From positions 1-37,769 of IMG/VR virus record IMGVR_UViG_3300005512_000112: a stretch of 37,769 bases of DNA. One strand, given 5' to 3'. The translations under genes were made by a program, and so were the position numbers. Below are positions 8,356 to 16,968 of the stretch, in pieces (position 1 is the first letter of the stretch; the number at the start of each line of letters is the position of its first letter). This DNA is from a virus (taxonomy: Duplodnaviria; Caudoviricetes). The notes beneath the pieces were generated by a model. It was not told where the DNA came from and did not search any database. It was given only the letters and a program-made list of their open reading frames with translations.

Positions 8356-9251
8356 TGGACAATCAACTGATGTTATTTGATTACAACCAACTGGATAGCG
8401 AGACCCGCATCGTGGTGCAGCAGCGGACCGGTGAGATCAGAGAGCTGGTGCGCAGTACCGCTGAGAACATTATGCGGGTGGGTGAAAAACTACTGGAGGT
8501 GCAGGTTAAGCTGGGTGGCGGGCAGTTCGACCACTGGCTGGAATCTGAGTTCGACTGGAGCCGGCGCACGGCCTACAACTTCATCGGTGTTTTCAAGAAA
8601 TTTCGGGGCGTGGATTTTCGGCAGATTGACATCGCCACCAGCGCCTTGTATCTGCTGGCCGCTCCCAGTACACCGCCTGCCGCAGTGGGCGAGGTGCTGA
8701 CCAGGGCCGAGGCCGGGGAGCGCATCACCGCCACTTCTGCCAAAGAAACTGTCATCGATCACAAGCGGCAACAGTCGCCGGAATTGCCGGAAATGGAACA
8801 CGCCGCCGAACCGGTGGCCTTTACCCGGGCCGCCGACCCGCCTGCGGTGGGCGACTCGGAGTGGCTGCAACCGGGTGAGGGCGCTGAGGATGAGACACTG
8901 GAGCGGGAGGCCGAAGCGGCTAGCCAGGAGGAGCCGGACGGCGATGATTTTGACGTTGAGTTTGACGCTCCGCCACCCCCACCGCCTCAAAAGAGCGAGG
9001 CTTCACTCCCGTCACCGCCACCGCCCCCGCCCCCGCCACCGCCCCCGGCGAAACCGGTCGGAGCGGTCAGTTACGCGCTGTCGGTCACTATCAAACCGGG
9101 CACGGATTGCCTGTTGAGCCTGCACCGGGTGGCGGGCGGGACACTCAGCAACGCCGCCAGTCGGCGGGCGACATTTGGCGAATTGAGCCAGGCTATTGAC
9201 GAATTACTACAAACGATACCGTCGGACATCCGGCAAAAACTGGAGGTATAA
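8355..9251 (+). CDS. DUF3102-domain protein with acidic/poly-Pro linker and small C-terminal domain
   Basis: IMRVGEKLLEVQVKLGGGQFDHWLESEFDWSRRTAYNFIGV...SALYLLAAPSTP. Confidence 0.8.
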   Translation: MDNQLMLFDYNQLDSETRIVVQQRTGEIRELVRSTAENIMRVGEKLLEVQVKLGGGQFDHWLESEFDWSRRTAYNFIGVFKKFRGVDFRQIDIATSALYLLAAPSTPPAAVGEVLTRAEAGERITATSAKETVIDHKRQQSPELPEMEHAAEPVAFTRAADPPAVGDSEWLQPGEGAEDETLEREAEAASQEEPDGDDFDVEFDAPPPPPPQKSEASLPSPPPPPPPPPPPAKPVGAVSYALSVTIKPGTDCLLSLHRVAGGTLSNAASRRATFGELSQAIDELLQTIPSDIRQKLEV

Positions 9252-9253
9252 AA

Positions 9254-9670
9254 ATGACGACCATCTACAAAAATGCGGGCAAGGTGCTATTTACCGACCC
9301 GGATGACGCCTACAACCCGGAGGAGGTTCGGGCGCATTACAGTCAATTTGACAAGAGCTTGCTTCAGGCCACCTACACCGTCATCCCGGCCAACGAAGAG
9401 GGCGACGAGCGGGTGATTGAATTTGCCAAAAAAACCGGCACCAAAGGGGCAACCCCTGGCAGTCTCAACGAGTTGTTTGTTGGGTTGGCTGCGCTAGTGA
9501 CGGCAGCGGAGTCTGTAGCCGGGCGCCTGTACGATGACGGCGGGTACTGCGTGCTATGCGGAATCCGGAGTGACCCGGACCTTAAGCCTGATCACAGAAT
9601 CCACGAGATAGGCTGCCCCGCCCTGGGGTTACTGGCGGCACTGAAAGAGGTGGATCGTGTTCAGGTGTGA
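9254..9670 (+). CDS. PRTRC protein C-like prokaryotic ubiquitin-like protein with C-terminal Zn-finger extension
   Basis: FTDPDDAYNPEEVRAHYS...IEFAKKTGTKG matches the Prok_Ub/PRTRC-C pattern; 73 further residues contain CVLC...HEIGC. Confidence 0.8.
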   Translation: MTTIYKNAGKVLFTDPDDAYNPEEVRAHYSQFDKSLLQATYTVIPANEEGDERVIEFAKKTGTKGATPGSLNELFVGLAALVTAAESVAGRLYDDGGYCVLCGIRSDPDLKPDHRIHEIGCPALGLLAALKEVDRVQV

Positions 9671-9875
9671 GATTCATCCGGTGGTGACGGCCCTGCTGGG
9701 CGTGACCCGGTCTGAGGCTGTGGTCGCTGTGGATGCGGCCGCCGGTAGCGACGAAAAGCCGGGACGGAAAATTATCGACCAGGCCGAAGCGTTGGCTTAC
9801 CGCAGCAACAGGAGTGTGATGCAATGTTTGCGTTTGATGCCCGTACCATCGCCCCGCCCGCCCCGCGGCTTCTAA
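9657..9875 (+). CDS. Small cassette-associated hypothetical protein
   Basis: GAGG RBS; overlaps both neighbours; ends PVPSPRPPRGF. Confidence 0.55.
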   Translation: MFRCEIHPVVTALLGVTRSEAVVAVDAAAGSDEKPGRKIIDQAEALAYRSNRSVMQCLRLMPVPSPRPPRGF

Positions 9876-10735
9876 AGCTGGAAATTGTGCTGGCTCAGCG
9901 GTACAACATCGCGTTGGCTACCCCACCGTGGCGGCTGGTACGGCGGTCGCGGCAACTGCTGCGGCGATATTTCCCGGCGATGGCTAATGAGCCGGTCGAT
10001 GTGTTTGAGTGGCCGGAGTGGGTGATGTTGATGCAGCGGCTGCTGCACCAGATTGAGGCGGAGGGGTGGTTTGAGATGGATTGGGATTTGCTGGATGAGT
10101 TTAGCCGGCTGGCGCAGGAGCTAGCCGGGGATCAGGCTGAGGATGATTTTGGCCTGCCGGAGGGGCTGGCCGAAATGGCCGATTTCCTAGATGGCATCCC
10201 GGTGATGTATTACGGCTTTCGGGGTGACGAGGAAAGCTGGGCCGCTACCGACATCGGGCAGTATCCACCGCTGGCCCTGCTGGGCGGACTGCTGGGGGAT
10301 CGACGTTGGTTTGTCAGTGAACAGGACCTGGTGAGCCGGTATCCGGTGTTTGACGAGTTGCACGGCTACAGCCCCGGCCCGGAGGCGGTGGAAACGGCGC
10401 TGATGCTGCTGGGTGACCTGGCTCAGGATTGGCGGGGGCCGTTTGACCTGCTGCCGGATTTAGCCCGGTACGCCCTGGGCCAGACAGGCAATGATCTATT
10501 GGACGAGCACCGGGGTGGGGTGTGGGAACAAGGGGCGGACTTGCGGCGCTGGCAGTGGGACGCGCCCGGCGACGTGGACGGTCTGCGGGATTTGTACGCC
10601 GATGCCCGCCCCACGCTGGATGCACTGAAGGCGATGACGGCCTGGTTCGACAATCCGAATCCGGCCATTGAGAACGAAAAGTTACAGGAAATCAAAGAGA
10701 GGATTGATACAATATGGACGATAATCGAGAATTAG
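9824..10735 (+). CDS. Acidic protein, positional equivalent of PRTRC protein F
   Basis: AGGAG RBS; acidic helical 303 aa between Ubl and E2-D; assigned mainly by position. Confidence 0.5.
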   Translation: MFAFDARTIAPPAPRLLKLEIVLAQRYNIALATPPWRLVRRSRQLLRRYFPAMANEPVDVFEWPEWVMLMQRLLHQIEAEGWFEMDWDLLDEFSRLAQELAGDQAEDDFGLPEGLAEMADFLDGIPVMYYGFRGDEESWAATDIGQYPPLALLGGLLGDRRWFVSEQDLVSRYPVFDELHGYSPGPEAVETALMLLGDLAQDWRGPFDLLPDLARYALGQTGNDLLDEHRGGVWEQGADLRRWQWDAPGDVDGLRDLYADARPTLDALKAMTAWFDNPNPAIENEKLQEIKERIDTIWTIIEN

Positions 10736-11382
10736 CCGAGAGCCGGTTGCGGGGCAGTCTGCATTTGTATGATGATGCCATTGTGCTGGCTCACGTTGAT
10801 GGCCCGGCCTACTGCGTGGACCCACTGGACGTGGCCGCGGCGATGACCGAGGTGGCATTTGGCAGCGGGTGGCTGCCGCGCAACACGTTGTTTTATCAGC
10901 GGGCCAAAGGGCGGGAGCGGATTGGGATTTTTGTGCCGCCGACGGTGCGCGATTTATCGGTGCAGGTGGCCGGCGAAACGGCGTGGTATCAGGTGCCGTT
11001 TCCGGCGCTGCTGTTTGTAGGGGCAGGCACGGCGTACAACCTGCTGGCGTTTGGCAACAGCACCCGGTTTGGCAGCTTCTGGCCGGGGGCGGATGAGTGG
11101 TTGTATCTGGCGCCGGTACCCAACGTGCACAGCGGGGAGGCGGGGGTGTGTACCGGCAATGTGCCGTTTCCCGTGGCCTCGCCGACCACTATTTACGACG
11201 CGCTGGATTTGTTTTTTGACAGCAATTTCAACCGGGATTTATCCGGCGGGAAGTCGAAGCGGGTCAGCGCGAGCATCATCGACATTTGGGCCGAATTGAG
11301 CCGGGCGGGGTCATTGAGTTATCCGCTGGATGACCTGGTGAGCGCCCGGATAACGCTACGGGAGGTGATTGATGCGCAGTAG
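10714..11382 (+). CDS. Prokaryotic E2 family D (PRTRC protein B)
   Basis: GWLPRNTLF, VPFPALLF, LYLAPVPNVHSGEAGVCTGN (putative catalytic Cys), FFDSNFN. Confidence 0.85.
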   Translation: MDDNRELAESRLRGSLHLYDDAIVLAHVDGPAYCVDPLDVAAAMTEVAFGSGWLPRNTLFYQRAKGRERIGIFVPPTVRDLSVQVAGETAWYQVPFPALLFVGAGTAYNLLAFGNSTRFGSFWPGADEWLYLAPVPNVHSGEAGVCTGNVPFPVASPTTIYDALDLFFDSNFNRDLSGGKSKRVSASIIDIWAELSRAGSLSYPLDDLVSARITLREVIDAQ

Positions 11383-11986
11383 TAATGGTTTGCCGTGGCC
11401 GGTGGGGTATCACATCCACGGGCGGGGTAACGCTCATCCTCTGTCGCCGATGTATCGCTATTTTATGCACGGCGGCGGGGTGTACAAGGTGGCCGAGGGG
11501 CCACGGATGGTGGCGGCAGTGCCGGTTGCCAGAGGGCAGATTACCGGCCTGGATGCGGTGCAGCCCTGGCTTGATATAGACTGGCCGAAATTGCCGGCGA
11601 AATGGCTGTGGGCGATTTACCACCACGCCAAACAGGCTGCCCGGTCTGAACAGGAGCAGATGTACCACATCCATCACGATGCGGAGAACGGCTGGCGGGT
11701 GGCGGTGCCGAAGCAGGCGGCGACCCGCACCCGGATTGAGTACCAGGGCGGCGATGCGGAGTCTGTTGTCATCGACCTGCACAGCCACGGGGAGTTGCGG
11801 GCGTTCTTCAGCGAGACGGATGACGCGGACGAGCAGGGTCTGCGGATTTATGCGGTCATCGGGCGGTTGCTGCACGCGCCGGAAATCCGCATCCGGGTGG
11901 GGGTGTACGGTGATTTTATGGAGATTGACCCGCAGCAAGTGTGTGCCGGTTTGGGGCCGTTTCGGTGGGGTGGGGCATCGAGATGA
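11372..11986 (+). CDS. JAB/JAMM metallo-isopeptidase (PRTRC protein A)
   Basis: VIDLHSHGELRAFFSETDDADE; upstream E in EQEQM; IYAVIGRL. Confidence 0.9.
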   Translation: MRSSNGLPWPVGYHIHGRGNAHPLSPMYRYFMHGGGVYKVAEGPRMVAAVPVARGQITGLDAVQPWLDIDWPKLPAKWLWAIYHHAKQAARSEQEQMYHIHHDAENGWRVAVPKQAATRTRIEYQGGDAESVVIDLHSHGELRAFFSETDDADEQGLRIYAVIGRLLHAPEIRIRVGVYGDFMEIDPQQVCAGLGPFRWGGASR

Positions 11987-12990
11987 TTAAAAAACAGCAC
12001 ACACTGACTCAGAATTTTGACCGGGTGACGGTGTTGCTGGTGGGCTGTGGCGGAACCGGCAGCTATGCGGCGCTGCATCTGGCCCAGTTGGCGCACACGT
12101 CGGGGTTGGACATCCGGCTGGTGTTTATTGACCCGGACACGGTGGAGGCCAAAAACGTGGCTCGTCAGAATTTCTGCCCCGGCGAGGTGGGGTTGCCGAA
12201 GGCGACGGCGCTGGCGCATCGGTACTCGCTGGCGTATGGCCTGCCGATTACGCCGGTGGTGGATCGGTTTGGGGCGGCGCACATTGGGCAGTTTTGGCCG
12301 GATCGGGGGTGGGGCGAGGCCACGCTGACGCTGGTGGTGGGGGCGGTTGACAATTACCTGGCTCGGCGGGACATCCACCGGGCTGTGGTTGGTGTTGACA
12401 GCGCACCCACGCGGGCGGTGTACTGGCTGGATGCGGGCAACGATACCAGCCACGGCCAGATTGCGATTGGGAACAGTACCAGCGCCAGCCCGGTAGCGAG
12501 TGAGTTGGGGGTAGTGTACGGATTGCCGCTGCCCAGCGTGCAGGAGCCGGGGTTGCTGGCCGCGCCGGTTGAGGTGGCGCAGGCACAGGGTGATAGCTGT
12601 GCCGAGCTGGTGCAGGCCGGGGTACAGAGCCGGACCATTAACAAGATGATGGCCGCCTGGCTGGATGTGTACGCCGAGGCGTTGCTGGTGGGTCGTAATC
12701 TGGCGATGCTGCGGACGGTGATCGACCAGCGCAGCGGGCAGGTGTACAGCGAGCCGATCCCGGAGCCGGTGGTGGCTGAGCGGCGGGGTGGGCCACTGGT
12801 GGCGCGGGTGGATTTGTGTCCGCATTGCCACTTGCCGGTCATCCGCGGGCAGGACACGGACGAGGCCGGCGAGGTGGTGGAGATTGTTTTTTGTGATGGA
12901 TGCGATTTTCGGCAAACGGTCCAGTTGTGGCACGGCCGGCCGGGGCAAGAAGCTCGGCGGGTGGCGGCTGCGGTGCGGATATTGGCGTAG
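11983..12990 (+). CDS. ThiF/E1-like adenylyltransferase (PRTRC ThiF) with C-terminal Zn ribbon
   Basis: LVGCGGTGS, IDPDTVEAKNVARQNF, PKA, GAVDN, WLDAGN, SCAE; tail CPHC...CDGC. Confidence 0.92.
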   Translation: MIKKQHTLTQNFDRVTVLLVGCGGTGSYAALHLAQLAHTSGLDIRLVFIDPDTVEAKNVARQNFCPGEVGLPKATALAHRYSLAYGLPITPVVDRFGAAHIGQFWPDRGWGEATLTLVVGAVDNYLARRDIHRAVVGVDSAPTRAVYWLDAGNDTSHGQIAIGNSTSASPVASELGVVYGLPLPSVQEPGLLAAPVEVAQAQGDSCAELVQAGVQSRTINKMMAAWLDVYAEALLVGRNLAMLRTVIDQRSGQVYSEPIPEPVVAERRGGPLVARVDLCPHCHLPVIRGQDTDEAGEVVEIVFCDGCDFRQTVQLWHGRPGQEARRVAAAVRILA

Positions 12991-13031
12991 GTCACACAAG
13001 GGCCATTGTTGGGCCTGAAAGGAACTTATAA

Positions 13032-13370
13032 ATGAGCGTAATCAAATTACAACTCCCGTCCGAGGCGGCAAATTTAATTTGCTCTCAAACCATCGGCGGA
13101 ACGTATGAAAAGATGGTCGAAAATTCCGGTTTGACACTTATGGAAATGATGACATTTGGAATGGTCATCACCCCGATTGTGGAAACCGAAACCGGTGCTG
13201 AACATCATCACGTAACGTACTGGCAAAACGGGATGGTATCTGTAACAGAGTACACGCCCGGTGAGGATTTTATGCCATTAGTTGGGTTGGAGTATTGGGG
13301 CAAATCATCACCAAATTGTGATGAGTGTCTCGATATATTTTTCCGTCACGTACCAGAGGCGTTAGGCTAA
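13032..13370 (+). CDS. Hypothetical protein (lower GC)
   Basis: AAGGA RBS; visibly AT-richer than the flanking genes. Confidence 0.6.
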   Translation: MSVIKLQLPSEAANLICSQTIGGTYEKMVENSGLTLMEMMTFGMVITPIVETETGAEHHHVTYWQNGMVSVTEYTPGEDFMPLVGLEYWGKSSPNCDECLDIFFRHVPEALG

Positions 13371-13433
13371 CAAGGCAATGATGGAATACTCGCAGCCCGT
13401 TATTTGCGGGCGGTGGGCGGATAGCCCGGAGGA

Positions 13434-13685
13434 GTGAAAATGCAAGTAAGTGAACTTATCGAAATTCTCGAACAGTTGCCACCAGAGATTGCGGTGAGGG
13501 TTTACAGTGAGGACGACAACCAAATCGATTATAGTACCCCGCGCATATTTGTGGAGTGGACAGACTACGATGAGTGTATCATTGTCCCGGAGAAATACGT
13601 CGCCATTTGCCCCTGGTTCGATGACAATAACGAAGTCAGAGCCGCGTGCAAATCCGCAAAACAGGCCACACAAGAAACCTTGTAA
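13434..13685 (+). CDS. Small acidic phage protein
   Basis: GGAGGAG RBS; MQVSELIEILEQLPPEIAV motif common in phage hypotheticals; start may be ATG 13440. Confidence 0.65.
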   Translation: MKMQVSELIEILEQLPPEIAVRVYSEDDNQIDYSTPRIFVEWTDYDECIIVPEKYVAICPWFDDNNEVRAACKSAKQATQETL

Positions 13686-13707
13686 GTCCTTGAAAAAAAT
13701 GTCGCAC

Positions 13708-13811
13708 TTTAAACCTGCGGCATAATCTGATAGACTAGGCTCAATTAAACGCCAGCTCGTGACACGCACGCTTTAACAGGTGGGCGTGTGTTACCGAGTT
13801 GGCGTTTTTTT
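13708..13811 (+). promoter_or_regulatory. Putative late promoter followed by a long terminator hairpin
   Basis: TTTAAA, N17, TAGACT with extended TG (13708-13736); hairpin 13747-13807 plus T-run. Confidence 0.55.
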
Positions 13812-13836
13812 ATTTTTGACGAAGGACGGCGGATGA

Positions 13837-14079
13837 TTGCAGACAGCAGAAACCATCGCACTGGAGGCTTACGCTCAATATGGGGCACTGTCCCTCCTGG
13901 CTTTATCTGGATGGGCGGCAGCGTACATTGTCTGGAGATCACTGGAGAGAACCAGGGCGAAATTAGACGATCTGCAGGGCCAGACTATCGAGCAGGTCAG
14001 CAATTTAGGAAACCTGCTCAAGGATTTAACAGACAATCGACGGCTAGAGGATTTATTGCGCGAGTCGCTAAAGCGATGA
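13837..14079 (+). CDS. Holin-like single-TM coiled-coil protein
   Basis: QYGALSLLALSGWAAAYIVWR followed by coiled coil (BhlA-like architecture); TTG start. Confidence 0.55.
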   Translation: MQTAETIALEAYAQYGALSLLALSGWAAAYIVWRSLERTRAKLDDLQGQTIEQVSNLGNLLKDLTDNRRLEDLLRESLKR

Positions 14080-14219
14080 GTCTGTGGCGGCACCGTCGCC
14101 GCGAGCCGGAGATTATGCGCGAGCAAAGGCGGCGAGTTATCGACGATATGGTTACCAGCAATAGCGATATGATTGCCACGTTACAGGCCGAATTGCGAAA
14201 GGTTGTGGGTGATGAGTGA
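14076..14219 (+). CDS. Small hypothetical protein
   Basis: ATGA-coupled start; overlaps the next gene. Confidence 0.5.
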   Translation: MSLWRHRRREPEIMREQRRRVIDDMVTSNSDMIATLQAELRKVVGDE

Positions 14220-14556
14220 TGTGATCTTTCGGAGCGTGTCGGCGGTGGCCCTCCTGTTGATGATTGTCCAGTTTGCCGGCGTGGCGGCGATGGCGCTGCG
14301 GCGCATCCGACACGGCTCGAACGGGTACACCCAGTCTATTTTGTATTGGGCTGGAGCGAGTATCATCTACTCGCTTAACGAGATTTTGCGGGTATACCTG
14401 ATGGGACTGGATACGTTTCCGTTCCGCGCCAACATTTTATTGATTGGCTCGGCGGTGACGCGAGTGGTGATGGTAGCAGCGGTTACTCATCTGATGTACC
14501 GGATGCGGCAACCCAAAAAGGCGAGATATGAGCGGGGGCGAGAGAGAGACGACTAA
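14212..14556 (+). CDS. Three-TM membrane protein (possible holin)
   Basis: Three hydrophobic segments and a basic C-terminus. Confidence 0.6.
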   Translation: MSDVIFRSVSAVALLLMIVQFAGVAAMALRRIRHGSNGYTQSILYWAGASIIYSLNEILRVYLMGLDTFPFRANILLIGSAVTRVVMVAAVTHLMYRMRQPKKARYERGRERDD

Positions 14557-15265
14557 ACGACTGAGTGATGCCCTGCGCCAACGGGCGCGGGAAATACTGG
14601 AATGGCCGCTGGCAGAGATGGACGCTGACGGCGTGACGGTGCAGCCGGCCAACTGGAACACGGGTGATGCGCCCAAACTGCTCCAACTGGCGCTGGAAAT
14701 TGAGGGGCAGGAAGCGGTAACGCTGGAGCCGGGCAGCCTGGTGCCGGGACAGGTCGAGGCGGCGCGTGGCAAGCGGTATTTTTTTGAATATCTGGCCGAG
14801 CGGTTCCCCAACGTGGAGGATGTGTACCGGCTGATGCAAAACGGGTGGGACTGGCGCAAGAGCGTCTACATCACCTGGCTGGCGACACCGAAACAACATC
14901 GACAGCCGCAAACGCAGGCCGAGCTGGCAACCGAGTATCTAAACCTGACCAGTGACCGCACGTTGCGGAACTGGCGCAAAAACCGGCAGTGGCCGATTGA
15001 TGAGACGGCCCGCCAACTGGTGATGAACCGGGCCAGCAGCCCGGCGCCGGACAGGCTGGCCGATGTGATTGCGGCGATGTACGACACGGCCTCTATGAGA
15101 GGCCGGAACGGTACTGCCGACAGAAAGATGATTTTACAGATGTTGCGGCTGATTGGCGGCGACGGCGAACAGGTAGCGGAGCGCAATGAGTTTGAGCAGT
15201 ACGATGACACCGAACTTAATAACGAAATTGCCCGGCTTGACGAGGTTGCCGCGATTACAGCGTGA
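14528..15265 (+). CDS. Terminase small subunit-like HTH protein
   Basis: WLATPKQHRQPQTQAELATEYLNLTSDRTLRNWRK HTH directly upstream of TerL. Confidence 0.7.
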   Translation: MSGGERETTKRLSDALRQRAREILEWPLAEMDADGVTVQPANWNTGDAPKLLQLALEIEGQEAVTLEPGSLVPGQVEAARGKRYFFEYLAERFPNVEDVYRLMQNGWDWRKSVYITWLATPKQHRQPQTQAELATEYLNLTSDRTLRNWRKNRQWPIDETARQLVMNRASSPAPDRLADVIAAMYDTASMRGRNGTADRKMILQMLRLIGGDGEQVAERNEFEQYDDTELNNEIARLDEVAAITA

Positions 15266-16889
15266 ACGTCTGCTGAATTTGCGACGAGAGCAGTTGAGGC
15301 GCGCCGCCAGACGGAACAGCGCCGTATTTGGCGCTGTCTACCGCGGCATCAATCCCGGCCCGCAACAGTACGAGATGGCCGCCCGGTGTGATAATGACCG
15401 GCTGAAATATCAGGCTGACTTCTGGCCGCGCGACCACGGCAAAACCGAGATATTTGTGAACGATTTGCCGCTGCGGACCATTTGCGAGAACCCTGACAGT
15501 CGGATTTTGATTGTACAAAAAACAGCCACCGAGGCCCGCAAAGCGATATCGGTCATCAAAACTGAGCTGGAGCAGAACACGCTGCTGCGGCAGGGGTACG
15601 CCGCCCACTGGCAAAAGGTGGTGGGCGTGCCGGACATTGTGAACAAGGCCGGGATGGTGGATGACAAAACAGGGGCGTGGCAAACGCAGCGCATCTACGT
15701 GAAACGGCGGCGGGTGAGCAAAGACCCTACGCTGGAGGCCGTGGGCGTGGGTGGGGCCATCACCGGCGGGCACTACGACCTGATTATTTGTGATGATATT
15801 CTGGACGATGAGAATACCAAAACCGCCGACCGCAGCCAGAAAATCATTAACTGGTTCTTTGGCACGATCCTGCAATTGCGGGAGCCGCACACCAAAATTA
15901 TTGTGGTGGGCACACTCAAAACGTTGATGGAAAATCTGTACAGCGTATTGCTGGAAAACCAGATGTGGGACACCACGGTACGCAGCGCCATTTTGAGCCA
16001 CGATATTGACGAGATTGAGTACCGCCCCGTGTACGAAACCAGCAGTGAGGGGCAGCGGCAGGTGGTGGGTGTTGAGGTGCAGACGGCGGGTGTGCAGACG
16101 ATGTGGCCGGCAGTGTGGCCGATTGAGGCGCTGCTGCTGGATATGCTGGGCAGTCCACGGCGTATCTGGCGGCGGGAAAAGCTGAACGATTTACAGGCGA
16201 TGGCCGAGCAGATTTTCAAACGGCGGATGTTCAAATATTTCGAGCTGACCAGCCCGCCCCGCTTCCGGCGGGTGGTACAAAGCTGGGACACGGCGTTTAA
16301 GAAAACCGGCGACTACAGCGCCCTGACCGAGTGGGGCGAGGCCAATGCCGGGGCGTTTTTACTGAGCGCCTGGCGGGAAAAACTGGAGTGGCCGGAGTTA
16401 GCGATTGCGATTCCGCTGTTCTACCTGCTGTCTGACTGGCCGGTACAGGCGGTACTAATCGAAGACAAGGCCTCCGGCCAGAGCGCCATCCAGGAGTGGG
16501 GGCGCGGCAAGGATCGGGAGGCGTGGCTGGTGGAGCTGCGGCAGTACATCGAGCAGCCGGCGGCCAACCGGCGACTGGTGCAGATGGCCCGGCAGGCGTT
16601 GTCGATGCCCGGCCTGCCCCAAACAATCCGGGTGCCGGTGCAGGCGGTCAAAGTGGGCGGCGAGAAAGACAAAACGGCGCGGGCCGAAGATGCCAGCGTG
16701 TGGTGGAGCAACGGCCAGGTGTACCACTACCAGAGCGCAGACCGGAAAATGCAGACCATCCGGGAGCAGTTTGAGGCCGAGTTGATTAGCTTTCCGGACG
16801 TGACCAATGACGACTGGGCCGACAGCGCCGTGCAGGCAGTGCAACATTTGCTGGCCGCAGGTCGGGCGCATAGCAGTGGTAAATTGTAA
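15186..16889 (+). CDS. terL: Terminase large subunit (start may be ~15228)
   Basis: PRDHGKT Walker A, ITGGHYDLIICDD Walker B, QSWDTA...DYSA, IEDKASG, FPDVTNDDWADS nuclease motifs. Confidence 0.95.
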   Translation: MSLSSTMTPNLITKLPGLTRLPRLQRERLLNLRREQLRRAARRNSAVFGAVYRGINPGPQQYEMAARCDNDRLKYQADFWPRDHGKTEIFVNDLPLRTICENPDSRILIVQKTATEARKAISVIKTELEQNTLLRQGYAAHWQKVVGVPDIVNKAGMVDDKTGAWQTQRIYVKRRRVSKDPTLEAVGVGGAITGGHYDLIICDDILDDENTKTADRSQKIINWFFGTILQLREPHTKIIVVGTLKTLMENLYSVLLENQMWDTTVRSAILSHDIDEIEYRPVYETSSEGQRQVVGVEVQTAGVQTMWPAVWPIEALLLDMLGSPRRIWRREKLNDLQAMAEQIFKRRMFKYFELTSPPRFRRVVQSWDTAFKKTGDYSALTEWGEANAGAFLLSAWREKLEWPELAIAIPLFYLLSDWPVQAVLIEDKASGQSAIQEWGRGKDREAWLVELRQYIEQPAANRRLVQMARQALSMPGLPQTIRVPVQAVKVGGEKDKTARAEDASVWWSNGQVYHYQSADRKMQTIREQFEAELISFPDVTNDDWADSAVQAVQHLLAAGRAHSSGKL

Positions 16890-16968
16890 ATGATATTTAA
16901 TCGGGACAACCAGTCGGTGCTGTGGACGTGGCGGCGGCTGAGACAAAAAACCAGAGTGGTGTGGAAAA

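Noticed and set aside
8960-9050. C-rich tandem repeats
   Set aside because: Explained by the poly-proline coding linker.
9254-12990. CBASS/Bil-type defence operon or thiamine/MoCo sulfur relay
   Set aside because: No CD-NTase, effector or thi/moa genes were recognised; the E2-D, TKG-Ubl and JAB motifs match PRTRC instead.
11848-12999. Long antisense ORFs (383 aa here; similar ones opposite terL, portal, MCP, TMP and hub genes)
   Set aside because: Shadow ORFs of GC-rich coding strands with no recognisable motifs.
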